NCBI GenBank assembly: GCA_020635535.1
Contig: JACJZP010000011.1
Coordinates: 6,780-70,779 of the forward strand
From: Flavobacteriales bacterium
GTDB lineage: Bacteria; Bacteroidota; Bacteroidia; UBA10329
DNA length: 64,000 bases
Direction of reading: 5' to 3'
The translations under genes were made by a program, and so were the position numbers. Positions within the stretch are counted from its first letter, which is position 1. The number at the start of each line of letters is the position of its first letter. Below are positions 35,794 to 45,247 of the stretch, one piece after another. The notes beneath the pieces are model-generated. The model did no database searches. It was not told the origin of the DNA and saw only the letters and a list, made by a program, of their open reading frames with translations.

Positions 35794-37047
35794 ATGCAGA
35801 TGTCTATTTCGAGAACGGAAATCAAGCCATGGCAAAGACCTTCGGTTCCAAGTGGTGTGAAAGAAATTGACGGAACAGGCAAACATGTCACTTCGGGCAT
35901 CATTGATGAGCATTCGCACATTGCCATCAGCAAGGGCGTAAACGAAGGCACGCAATCGGTAACGGCCGAGGTGAGCATTGGCGATGTGGTCAATTCAGAA
36001 GACATCAACATTTACCGTCAGCTGGCCGGTGGCGTTACCGCTTCGCAACTGCTACACGGCTCGGCCAATCCGATCGGTGGTCAGAGCGGCATCATCAAAC
36101 TCCGTTGGGGAAGATTGCCAGAGGAAATGAAGATCGCAGATGCGGCTGGGCACATCAAATTCGCGCTTGGCGAGAACGTGAAGCAATCGAACTGGGGTGA
36201 ATATTACACTTCGCGCTACCCACAGACCCGAATGGGCGTGGAGCAGGTCTTCTACGATGCGTTCTATCGTGCCAAAGCGTACAAGGCGGAATGGGCAACT
36301 TACAACGGACTTGCCAAAAAGGAAAAGGCTTCCGCCACTGCACCAAGGCGCGACCTTGAGCTGGAAACACTGGTCGAGATACTCGACAGCAAGCGCTTCG
36401 TGACGTGCCACAGCTACGTTCAGCAGGAGATCAACATGCTGATGCACGTGGCAGATAGCATGGGTTTTACGCTCAACACGTTCACGCACATTCTGGAGGG
36501 CTACAAAGTGGCCGACAAGATGAAGGAGCACGGGGCAAACGGTTCCACGTTCTCCGATTGGTGGGCGTACAAGTTTGAGGTGAACGATGCCATTCCGTAC
36601 AACGCTGCGCTGATGCACGATGCGGGCGTGAATGTGGGCATCAATTCGGATGACGCGGAGATGGGAAGACGCCTTAACCAAGAGGCCGCGAAAGGCGTGA
36701 AATACGGTGGTATGAGTCAGGAAGAAGCATGGAAAATGGTAACGCTCAATCCTGCCAAAATGCTGAAAATGGACGGCCAAACAGGAAGCCTGAAGGCTGG
36801 TAAAGATGCCGATGTGGTGGTATGGTCGGCCAATCCGCTTTCCATTTACGCGAGAGCCGAACAGACCTACGTGGATGGCATTCTGTACTACTCCATCGAG
36901 AAAGATGCAGCCGCGCAAGAGGCATTGAACAAAGACCGTAATCGCATCATTCAGAAGATGATAGCAGCTAAGAAAGGCGGTGCGAAAACCGACAAACCAA
37001 GTAAGAAAGAACACCTGTTGTATCACTGCGATACGATGGAAAACTAA
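35794..37047 (+). CDS. amidohydrolase-family catalytic module (C-terminal half; true N-terminus lies upstream in other frames)
   Basis: GIIDEHSHIAIS (HxH), the downstream His/Asp ligand region, and C-terminal DADVVVWSANPL. ...VVIRNATVWTNEK / DGILEDADVYFENG is encoded just upstream in two other frames. Confidence 0.7.
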   Translation: MQMSISRTEIKPWQRPSVPSGVKEIDGTGKHVTSGIIDEHSHIAISKGVNEGTQSVTAEVSIGDVVNSEDINIYRQLAGGVTASQLLHGSANPIGGQSGIIKLRWGRLPEEMKIADAAGHIKFALGENVKQSNWGEYYTSRYPQTRMGVEQVFYDAFYRAKAYKAEWATYNGLAKKEKASATAPRRDLELETLVEILDSKRFVTCHSYVQQEINMLMHVADSMGFTLNTFTHILEGYKVADKMKEHGANGSTFSDWWAYKFEVNDAIPYNAALMHDAGVNVGINSDDAEMGRRLNQEAAKGVKYGGMSQEEAWKMVTLNPAKMLKMDGQTGSLKAGKDADVVVWSANPLSIYARAEQTYVDGILYYSIEKDAAAQEALNKDRNRIIQKMIAAKKGGAKTDKPSKKEHLLYHCDTMEN

Positions 37048-37088
37048 GCCTGAATGAATCAGTTTAACTTTGTAAGAAACAACAGATC

Positions 37089-37295
37089 ATGTCGATAGAA
37101 CGCTCAAAGGACAACAAACTGGTTATCACACTACCCGAAAATCTGGACAGCGAAGTGGTGCAACGGGTTATTGATTTCTTCCGATACTTCGAACTTGCCA
37201 GTGGCAGTAAGGCCACTCAGGAGGATGCCGACCGTTTGGCTGAAGAAAGCAATGCGGCCTGGCTCAAAAATCGTAAGAAGAACGAGCGACCATGA
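37089..37295 (+). CDS. putative type II antitoxin (small acidic protein)
   Basis: 68 aa. ATGA-coupled to the downstream PIN-domain ORF. Confidence 0.45.
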   Translation: MSIERSKDNKLVITLPENLDSEVVQRVIDFFRYFELASGSKATQEDADRLAEESNAAWLKNRKKNERP

Positions 37296-37661
37296 GAATT
37301 GTGGTGGATGCCAATATCGTATTCAGCGCCATTCTTAACAAGCAGAATTCACTTTGAACCTTGCAGATGTCAGTTGCTCCGATACTTTCCATGAGATACC
37401 ACATTCAATCTTCTTGCTTCGTGTATGGATATCAACACATCTTCCATACTATTCATTTCAGAAGCTCAAATCCCACTCGATATGTTGGAAAGAGCTGAAA
37501 AGTTGGTTTCAGACATTGATCCGAAAGATGCCCTTTATGTAGCATTGAGTGATTTTTTTCATTGTCCCATCTGGTCTGGAGACCTCAAACTGAAAGACGG
37601 TCTGACCAATAAAGGGTTTGACAGATTCATCGCTATTGAAGAACTTCTACGTAGCAAATAA
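37292..37661 (+). pseudogene. PIN-domain toxin (VapC-like), interrupted by at least 2 frame breaks
   Basis: MRIVVDANIVFSAIL (PIN N-terminal Asp motif) in one frame, stop at 37355. C-terminal DIDPKDALYVALSDFFHCPIWSGDLKLKDGL in the frame of ORF 37425-37661. Confidence 0.55.
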
Positions 37662-37665
37662 TGCC

Positions 37666-38989
37666 ATGAACAAACAGGAAACGGCCTTTTCATCATTTCA
37701 TTTTTTACCAACACTCATCCTTTGGATGATGCTCGGACTCCCTTCTATGGCCCAGATCCCCTCACCCGGTGAAATGCCCGAGAAAGCAATCATCCTGACG
37801 GGCGGAATTGCCCACATCGGCAACGGACAAGTGCTAGAAAATGCCGCCATTGGAATGGAAAACGGCAAGATCACTTTCGTGAAACCGATGGGTTCGGTGA
37901 AGCTGAATCCTGAGGAAGCTGACATTATCGACATCACAGGAAAACACGTTTATCCTGGATTCATCAGTCCGAACAACACGCTTGGCCTGACGGAAATTGA
38001 GGCTGTTCGCGCCACAAACGATTATGCCGAAACAGGTGCTTTCAATCCTGAAGTTAGAGCGTTGACTTCATTCAACACCGACAGCAAGATCTCTACAACG
38101 GTTCGTTCCAACGGTGTTTTGATCGCGCAGGCAACGCCACGTTCTGGTCGCATTTGCGGAACAAGTTCTGTGATGCATTTGGATGGCTGGAACTGGGAAG
38201 ATGCGGTGCTCGAGCAGATGATGGCGTTCATATCAACTGGCCGAACCGTTTCCAGCACACGGGCTGGTGGGCAGAACCGGACCGACCAAACCGAACGAGA
38301 ACTACGGCAAGCAGGTTGATGAACTAAGAGCATTTCTGACATCGCGCGAAAGCCTATTCGGAAAATCCGAATGCGGAATTCAACCAGAAACTGGCGGCAT
38401 GCAAGGATTGTTTGATGGAAGTCAGAATCTCTATTGCATGTTGATGATGCCAAAGGAATCATGGAATCGGTGCTGTTTGCCGAAGCTGCTGGCGCGAAAA
38501 AACCTGTGGTTGTTGGTGCCAATGAAGCTTGGCTGGTTGCCGATTTCCTCAGCGCGAAGAACATTCCGTGATCTGGAAAGAACACATTCACTACCAACAG
38601 ATAGCGACACGGATATTGACCAACCGTTCAAAACCGCCAAGACACTTTTCGACAATAAGATCCTTTTCTGCTTCAGCTACGCTGGCGATATGGAAGCGAT
38701 GGGTTCGCGCAACCTTCCTTTCTCTGCTGGAACAGCTGTTGCTTATGGACTGAAGTACGAAGAGGCGGTAAAAGCACTGACTCTCAATACAGCCAAAATC
38801 CTTGGGGTTGATGCTTCCTGCGGCACCCTGGAATCAGGAAAAGATGCAACCCTTTTCGTCTCTTCAGGCGATGCGTTGGACATGATGACCAATGATGTGA
38901 TCTATGCTTGGATCGCAGGCAGAACCGTTGATCTGGACAATCCGCAGAAGTATCTGTACAGGAAATTTAAGGGGAAAGCAGAGAATTGA
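37666..38989 (+). pseudogene. amidohydrolase-family protein with degenerate metal site, interrupted by at least 5 frame breaks (38215-38600)
   Basis: Signal peptide. GFISPNNTLGL replaces HxH. Recognisable segments lie in three frames (DGVHINWPNRF, KAYSENPNAEFNQKLAA, VDDAKGIMESVLFAEAAGAKKPVVVGANEAWLVADFL). The C-terminal 130 aa are intact (SYAGDMEAM...GKDATLFVSSGDALD). Confidence 0.6.
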
Positions 38990-39906
38990 AAGCCAAACCT
39001 TGGTCTGAATGGTTTTTAGGAGCCGGTTTGGTCCTGCTTTCCATAAGTCATTGGTTTCCTCTAGGAATCAACCCGCTTGAATTGCTGGGAGCATTTGCGC
39101 ATTTTACGCTGCTTCTGTCAATCGCTGTAGTTGCGATTTCCGCGGTTTTTCGATCTCGGATTCTGGGGCTTTCGGCACTCACCGCGTCTGTAATAAGCGG
39201 AGCCTTAGTAATACCTCATTTTCTTCCAACTGATTATTCGGGAGACGCTGTTCTGACTGTGGGCCACTTCAACCTATATCACAATAATCCTACTTCAGCC
39301 TTGGCCATCAATTCTATTGTTGAATCCGCTCCTGATATTTTCACTATTCAGGAACTGAATGAAGAATGGTCAACCATAACGGATTCTGTTTTTTCATCGT
39401 CACACCCCTATATGGTTGAAGCGCCCATGGAATCCTGCTGTTACGGAATTGGGCTTTACTCCAAGTTTCCGCTCGTTTCCTACAAAGTGTTGGAAATAGA
39501 GCGCACTCCTGTTATTACCGCTCAGGTCTTGGTCCAAGAACGAATAATCACCGTTGTTTCTTTGCATACTCTACCACCTGCATTTCCGAATGAAACCCAA
39601 GAACGTGATCTGCAACTACAGACCGTGGCAAGCATTGCTGCTACCGGAGAAACAGACTGTTTGGTAATCGGTGATTTTAACGTTGTTCCATGGGATGACG
39701 CATTCAGCTTTTTTCTAAAGTCTGGAAAATTGCATGCCGCCAGAAACGGCTTTCAAGCAACCTTCCCAACGGATTTCGGAATTCCTCTCATTCCCATCGA
39801 CCACATCACCTATTCTGACAACTTGATTCCAGTTTCTAGTGATGTAGTGACCATTATTGGCTCTGACCACCGAGGATTGGTGGCAGGATTCGCATTTGCG
39901 GATTGA
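38986..39906 (+). CDS. endonuclease/exonuclease/phosphatase (EEP) family protein, membrane-anchored
   Basis: N-terminal TM helices and EEP motifs (VGHFNL, VIGDFNVVPWD, IDHITYS, GSDHRGL). Confidence 0.75.
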   Translation: MKAKPWSEWFLGAGLVLLSISHWFPLGINPLELLGAFAHFTLLLSIAVVAISAVFRSRILGLSALTASVISGALVIPHFLPTDYSGDAVLTVGHFNLYHNNPTSALAINSIVESAPDIFTIQELNEEWSTITDSVFSSSHPYMVEAPMESCCYGIGLYSKFPLVSYKVLEIERTPVITAQVLVQERIITVVSLHTLPPAFPNETQERDLQLQTVASIAATGETDCLVIGDFNVVPWDDAFSFFLKSGKLHAARNGFQATFPTDFGIPLIPIDHITYSDNLIPVSSDVVTIIGSDHRGLVAGFAFAD

Positions 39907-39912
39907 TCAACT

Positions 39913-42283
39913 TTGCAGACCATGTTCCGGATAGCTGTATTTCTTCCGATGATTCTGGGTTCGCTTTTAGCTCAGGGCCAGATCACGCAAACCATCCGCG
40001 GAAAAGTGGTTGATGCTGTTTCGCAGCGACCATTGCCAGAGCAAGCGTGGTGGTTACAGACTCAACCAAATTCCAAGGATCGCAGCGGACTTTGATGGCA
40101 ATTTCCATTTGGAGAATGTTCCCATTGGGAGGGTTTCGTTGAAGGTGAGCTTCATCGGTTACGAAGACCAATTCTTGCAGAACCTTGTGCTGAACCCTTC
40201 CAAACAGCTGGTACTGAACATTCAGTTGCAGGAGAAGATCAATAAGGTGGATGAAGTGGTGGTGAAAGCCGAACGCGAGAAAGGTGAGCCACTGAACGAA
40301 ATGGCGGTGATCAGTGCACGGGCATTTTCGGTGGAAGAAACCAGACGCTTTGCCGGTTCGTGGCAAGATCCAGCGAGTGCTGCAGCTGCCTACGCGGGGG
40401 TTTCGGGTGGATCGGATGAACGGAACGACATCATCATCCGTGGTAACTCGCCAACCGCTGTGCTGTGGCGATTGGAGGACATCAACATTCCCAATCCCAA
40501 CCATTTGAGTTTTTCGGGGAGCACGGGCGGCCCGGTCAGCATCCTCAACAATAACATGTTGGCCAATAGCGATTTCTTCACAGGCGCTTTTCCTTCCGAA
40601 TACGGAAATGCCAATGCAGGTGCGTTCGACCTGAACCTGAGGCGAGGAAACAACGAGAAACGTGAATACTATTTCCAACTTGGGTTGAACGGTTTGGAGT
40701 TCGGTTTGGAAGGGCCATTTACCAAGAAACATCCTGCCTCCTACCTTGCTTCTTACCGCTATTCTACCATGGCACTTATTAGTCTGATGGGAATCAACAT
40801 CGGGATTTCTGCTGTGCCGCTTTATCAGGATCTAACGTTCGTCATTGACGTTCCGACCAAGAAAAAGGCGGGGCGTTTCACCCTTTGGGGAATCGGTGGT
40901 TTGAGTTCCATTCATATTGAGGACAACCCCGGTTTCAATGGTGGCGCAGAAGAAAAACGCGACCAAGACCTTGGCTCCGACATGGGTGCCGCGGGTCTTA
41001 CGCACCTCATCTTCTTGGGTGAGAAGACAAGTCTGAAAACCACCGTGGCGGCCACGGTGCTGCATCAATGGCAGGAGAAACTGGTGTTTCAGGAAACGGA
41101 TTCAACCTCCACGACCATCTTGGAGAACTTCAACAAGAATGTGAGTATCGGGGCCAGCATCCATTCGCAGTTGAACACGAAACTGAGCGCCAAGAGCAGC
41201 ATCCGAACGGGCATCATCTACGACCACAAATTCATCTCGTTCATCGATAGCATGTATGTGTACGAAACGGCATCGCACTATGTGAATCTCAATCTGAAAG
41301 ACAACTACGGACTGGCGCAGCTCTACTCGCAGTTCCATCATCGCTTTAGCGAAAAAACCTCAGGAACGGTGGGCGTTCACGCTCAGATGAGTACACTCAA
41401 CACTTCGTTTGCCGTTGAGCCGCGCATTGGTTTTAAATGGCAACCGCACCGCAGGCATGCGCTTTCTGTGGGTGCTGGTATGCACAGCCAGCTGCTACCA
41501 TCGCTCACGTATTTCTATCAGACGTACCTGCCAACAGAAAACCGCTACATCCGCACCAATGGCGATGTCGGTTTCACGCGAAGCGTACATGCCATTCTGG
41601 GTTACGATTGGAGCATTATTCCCAAGCTGCGCATGAAGGTGGAGGCCTACTACCAGTACCTGTACGATGTGCCTGTGGAGCCTACGGCCAGCTACTTCAG
41701 CATGGTGAATGCAGGTGAAAGCATTGGCGATGTGGCCGTTCGCGACAGCTTGGTAAACGATGGAATTGGGCAGAACTACGGACTGGAACTGACCTTGGAG
41801 AAATTCTTCGACCGTGGCTATTATTTCCTACTTACAGGTTCGTTGTACAACAGCACCTACCGTGGCAGTGATGGCATTTGGCGGAATTCGGCCTTCAACG
41901 GCAATTACAATCTGAGTGCATTGGGCGGTTACGAGTTCAAGATCAGCAAGAAGAATACGTTGGCCTTCGACAGTAAGATCACATGGACGGGCGGTGCGCG
42001 ATACGTGCCTATCGACCTCGATTCATCTGCAGTAGCAGGAGAGACTGTGCGTGATTATTCAAGAGCCTACGAACCGAAGTACAAGGATTACTTCCGAATG
42101 GACATCAAGGCCACCATTACCTTCAATGGTAAACGTGCATCGCACAGTTTGGCGCTCGATTTCCAGAATGTGTTCAACACCAAGAATGTGTTCGCTCAGA
42201 ATTATAACCCAGAGACCAACTCCGTGGAAACGAAGTACCAATTGGGTTTCCTGCCGCTGGTGTACTACAGGGTGGAGTTCTGA
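39913..42283 (+). CDS. TonB-dependent outer-membrane receptor (paralogue of 3299-5749), 2 frame breaks near 40050-40075
   Basis: Signal peptide and IRGKVVD in the frame of ORF 39913, the remainder in ORF 40010. Plug motif NDIIIRGNSPTAVLWRLEDINIPNPNHL. C-terminal ...YYRVEF. Confidence 0.75.
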
Positions 42284-42366
42284 AATGCAAACTTTCCGTT
42301 AAGAACGTCAGCTCAAGACCAACTATTCTTAGCACGATTGTAACTTGCGGTGTTTAAGCAATAATC

Positions 42367-43746
42367 ATGCGAAGTAGAAGAGACTTTATCCGCACAAGCG
42401 GTTACATCGGAATCGGATTTGTTGGATTGAAACTTTATGCCTGCGGTAATGCGGGTGGTGGAGCTGGAGAGGCCGCGGCAGATGCTGCTTTCGATTATGG
42501 TGCATTGGTATCAGATCCGGCTGGCATTCTTGACCTCCCAGAAGGATTCTCTTACAAGATAATCTCTCGCCAAGGCGATGCCATGGATGATGGATTGGTT
42601 GTTCCTGGTAAGCAGGACGGCATGGCCACTTTCCCATCGGAAGACGGTAAGGTCATCATTGTACGAAATCACGAGATCGTTCCTACGGACAAAGACCTGG
42701 GAGCTTTCGGACCTGATAACGCAAATTTGGGGGCAATTCCAAAAGAAGACCTGTACGAATTCGGTAAAGGAGAATTTCCCGGTCTTGGTGGAACCACAAC
42801 CTTGGTTTTCAATGAAGAAACACAAGAAGTAGAAAAGCAGTTCCTCAGTTTAGCTGGAACCTACCGAAACTGTGCGGGTGGCCCAATGCCATGGGGCAGC
42901 TGGCTTACTTGCGAAGAAGACGTGACCAAAGCGGGCGAATACGAGGGCAACGTGGAGAAAGAGCACGGTTTTGTGTTTGAGGTGCCGGCCACCACCGAGG
43001 TAATGCGAGCCGCCCCGAAACCCATCAAGGAAATGGGCAGATTCAACCACGAAGCTGTAGCCTACGACCCAGAAGCAGGGATGCTGTATATGACCGAAGA
43101 CCGCCACGATGGACTTTTGTATCGTTTCATCCCGAACAAGAAGAATGACCTCCATTCTGGCGGAAAACTTCAGGCTCTTGCCATAAAAGGTGAACCAAAA
43201 ATGGATACCCGAAACTGGCCCGAGACCGTTGGCCCTGATATTCTAACAGGGATTCCACTTAAGCTGGAATGGATTGACCTTGATAATGTTGAAGCACCCG
43301 AAGATGACCTACGAATACGTGGGCATGAGGCCGGTGCGGCCGTTTTTGCTCGTGGCGAAGGCATGTGGTATGATGAGGGCGTGATCTACTTTGCCTGCAC
43401 AAGCGGTGGTGACCTCCGCAAAGGTCAGGTGTTCAAACTTACACCAGCGGCAGATGGCGGTGTTCTTGAGCTTTTTATTGAGCCCAATAATGTTGACATC
43501 ATGAAGTATTGTGACAACCTGACGGTTGCTCCATGGGGAGATGTGATGATCTGCGAAGATGACGAAGATGCGTACTTGAGAGGCGTTACGCCTGACGGCA
43601 AGATCTTCACGTTCGGGCATTCCGTTCAGAAAGTTGGGGAGTTCACCGGTATCTGTTTTTCGCCTACAGGCAAAACCATGTTTGTCAATCTTCAGCACGA
43701 AGGGTTAACGTTTGCCATTACAGGCCCTTGGAAAACCCGAGCTTAA
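42367..43746 (+). CDS. phoX: PhoX-family (DUF839) phosphatase, Tat-secreted
   Basis: Twin-arginine signal MRSRRDFIRTSG. Conserved YRNCAGGPMPWGSWLTCEE block of PhoX/DUF839. Confidence 0.6.
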   Translation: MRSRRDFIRTSGYIGIGFVGLKLYACGNAGGGAGEAAADAAFDYGALVSDPAGILDLPEGFSYKIISRQGDAMDDGLVVPGKQDGMATFPSEDGKVIIVRNHEIVPTDKDLGAFGPDNANLGAIPKEDLYEFGKGEFPGLGGTTTLVFNEETQEVEKQFLSLAGTYRNCAGGPMPWGSWLTCEEDVTKAGEYEGNVEKEHGFVFEVPATTEVMRAAPKPIKEMGRFNHEAVAYDPEAGMLYMTEDRHDGLLYRFIPNKKNDLHSGGKLQALAIKGEPKMDTRNWPETVGPDILTGIPLKLEWIDLDNVEAPEDDLRIRGHEAGAAVFARGEGMWYDEGVIYFACTSGGDLRKGQVFKLTPAADGGVLELFIEPNNVDIMKYCDNLTVAPWGDVMICEDDEDAYLRGVTPDGKIFTFGHSVQKVGEFTGICFSPTGKTMFVNLQHEGLTFAITGPWKTRA

Positions 43747-45247
43747 GCTGATGAATCGGGCCATTGTTGTCCTGTTCCTTCTTCTTTCTGTACTCACTGC
43801 AAAGGGTCAATTCATAACGCACGGACCGGTTGTTGGCGCGGTTACCGATACCTCCGCCAGGATATTTCTACGCACCACGGTTGCAGAGGCCACCATCACC
43901 TTACAGGTAGATGACAATCCTATTTACCATCATCCGCAGGAAATAAAGGGTCGGCCTATTTTTCAAAACGATAGCTCAATCATCCTGAACATCGGCATGC
44001 TTCAGCCCAATACCTTGTACCATTATCGTGTTTACGTGAATGAGCGGTTGGATACAACGGATGGTTTGTTCCGAACTTTTCCGTCAATTGGACAGAAAGG
44101 CGATTTCACGTTTGTAACCGGCTCCTGCCAGGAAACGGAAAACATGAAGGTTTTTGACGTGATGCCATTGCACGAACCGTATTTCTTGATGCACACGGGA
44201 GACTACACGTATCCTGATTATCAGATAGCGCCAGATTATTCGTCTACCTGGAATGGAATGGCCTACAGCTACCGCAGAAGATATGATGAGAAGGAGATGA
44301 AGTACATGCTGCGCTCCATTCCCATCGATTACGTGTATGACGATAACGATTATGTGGGCGGAAGTGGCGGCCGATACTGCAAGAACGATATGCGCTCTTA
44401 CAAGGAGAACGGACACACGGTAAACGAAATGATGGCGCCCGAATTTCCAGCATTCTGGAGAAGGAACACCATTAAAGGCTATGATGAACTTTTTCCCCAC
44501 TATCCGTTGGTAGATACCAGCGAGGGCATCTACCACTCATTCAAATTCGGAAACGCGGAGTTCTTTGTCATAGACCGCAACAGCGCCAAAGACAGACCGA
44601 ACATGGACGGCTTTGTTTGGAACGAGAAGAAAAAGAAATGGCAATGGAACCCGCCTGAAGGGTACGCCCTATTTGGTAAAAAGCAGATGGATTGGCTTAA
44701 AGAAAGTATCAAAGCATCTGATGCTGATTGGAAATTCATTGTGAGTGGTGTGCCGCTGAATGGCGCGTGCGAGAAACTGATCCGTGCCGGGGTAAAGATT
44801 CAGAACATGAGCATGAAGGGTTTCTATGGCTTTCACATGGCTTGGGGTTTCAGTCAGTATTGGGCCGGTTTCCCAGAAGAGCGCAATGATTTCATGCAAT
44901 TCTTGGAGGATAATGACATCAAAGATGTGATCGTGATCAGTGGAGACACACATCACAACGTTATGGATGATGGTAAGAATGCAGGATTACCAGAGCTTAA
45001 CGCGAGCGGCCTGAGCGTGACAGGAACTGAATTGGCCTATTACCTTAAACTCATTGGAACCTTCACGTTCCAATACCGCATGAAGAAAATCTGGAACCAA
45101 GGAGGTAACGGTCTTGGCAATAAGAACCTGAAAAACGCTTTCGGAAAGGTCAGAATCGTTTCAGACGACTACGTTGAACTGAGCATCATTGATGAAGACA
45201 ATGACATTATCAGCAGTTTCCGGGTGCCACACTCTTCTAAAAAGTAG
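43712..45247 (+). CDS. PhoD-like alkaline phosphatase / metallophosphoesterase (probable start 43751)
   Basis: Signal peptide MNRAIVVLFLLLSVLTAKGQ, PhoD N-domain (ITHGPVVGAVTDTSARIF), and metallophos motifs (GDYTY, GDTHHN). Confidence 0.6.
   Translation: MPLQALGKPELKLMNRAIVVLFLLLSVLTAKGQFITHGPVVGAVTDTSARIFLRTTVAEATITLQVDDNPIYHHPQEIKGRPIFQNDSSIILNIGMLQPNTLYHYRVYVNERLDTTDGLFRTFPSIGQKGDFTFVTGSCQETENMKVFDVMPLHEPYFLMHTGDYTYPDYQIAPDYSSTWNGMAYSYRRRYDEKEMKYMLRSIPIDYVYDDNDYVGGSGGRYCKNDMRSYKENGHTVNEMMAPEFPAFWRRNTIKGYDELFPHYPLVDTSEGIYHSFKFGNAEFFVIDRNSAKDRPNMDGFVWNEKKKKWQWNPPEGYALFGKKQMDWLKESIKASDADWKFIVSGVPLNGACEKLIRAGVKIQNMSMKGFYGFHMAWGFSQYWAGFPEERNDFMQFLEDNDIKDVIVISGDTHHNVMDDGKNAGLPELNASGLSVTGTELAYYLKLIGTFTFQYRMKKIWNQGGNGLGNKNLKNAFGKVRIVSDDYVELSIIDEDNDIISSFRVPHSSKK

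Noticed and set aside
20053-40080. Programmed ribosomal frameshifting as an explanation for the frame breaks
   Set aside because: About 18 breaks in unrelated genes, with no shared slippery heptamer or downstream structure and all in the same direction. That is not compatible with programmed recoding.
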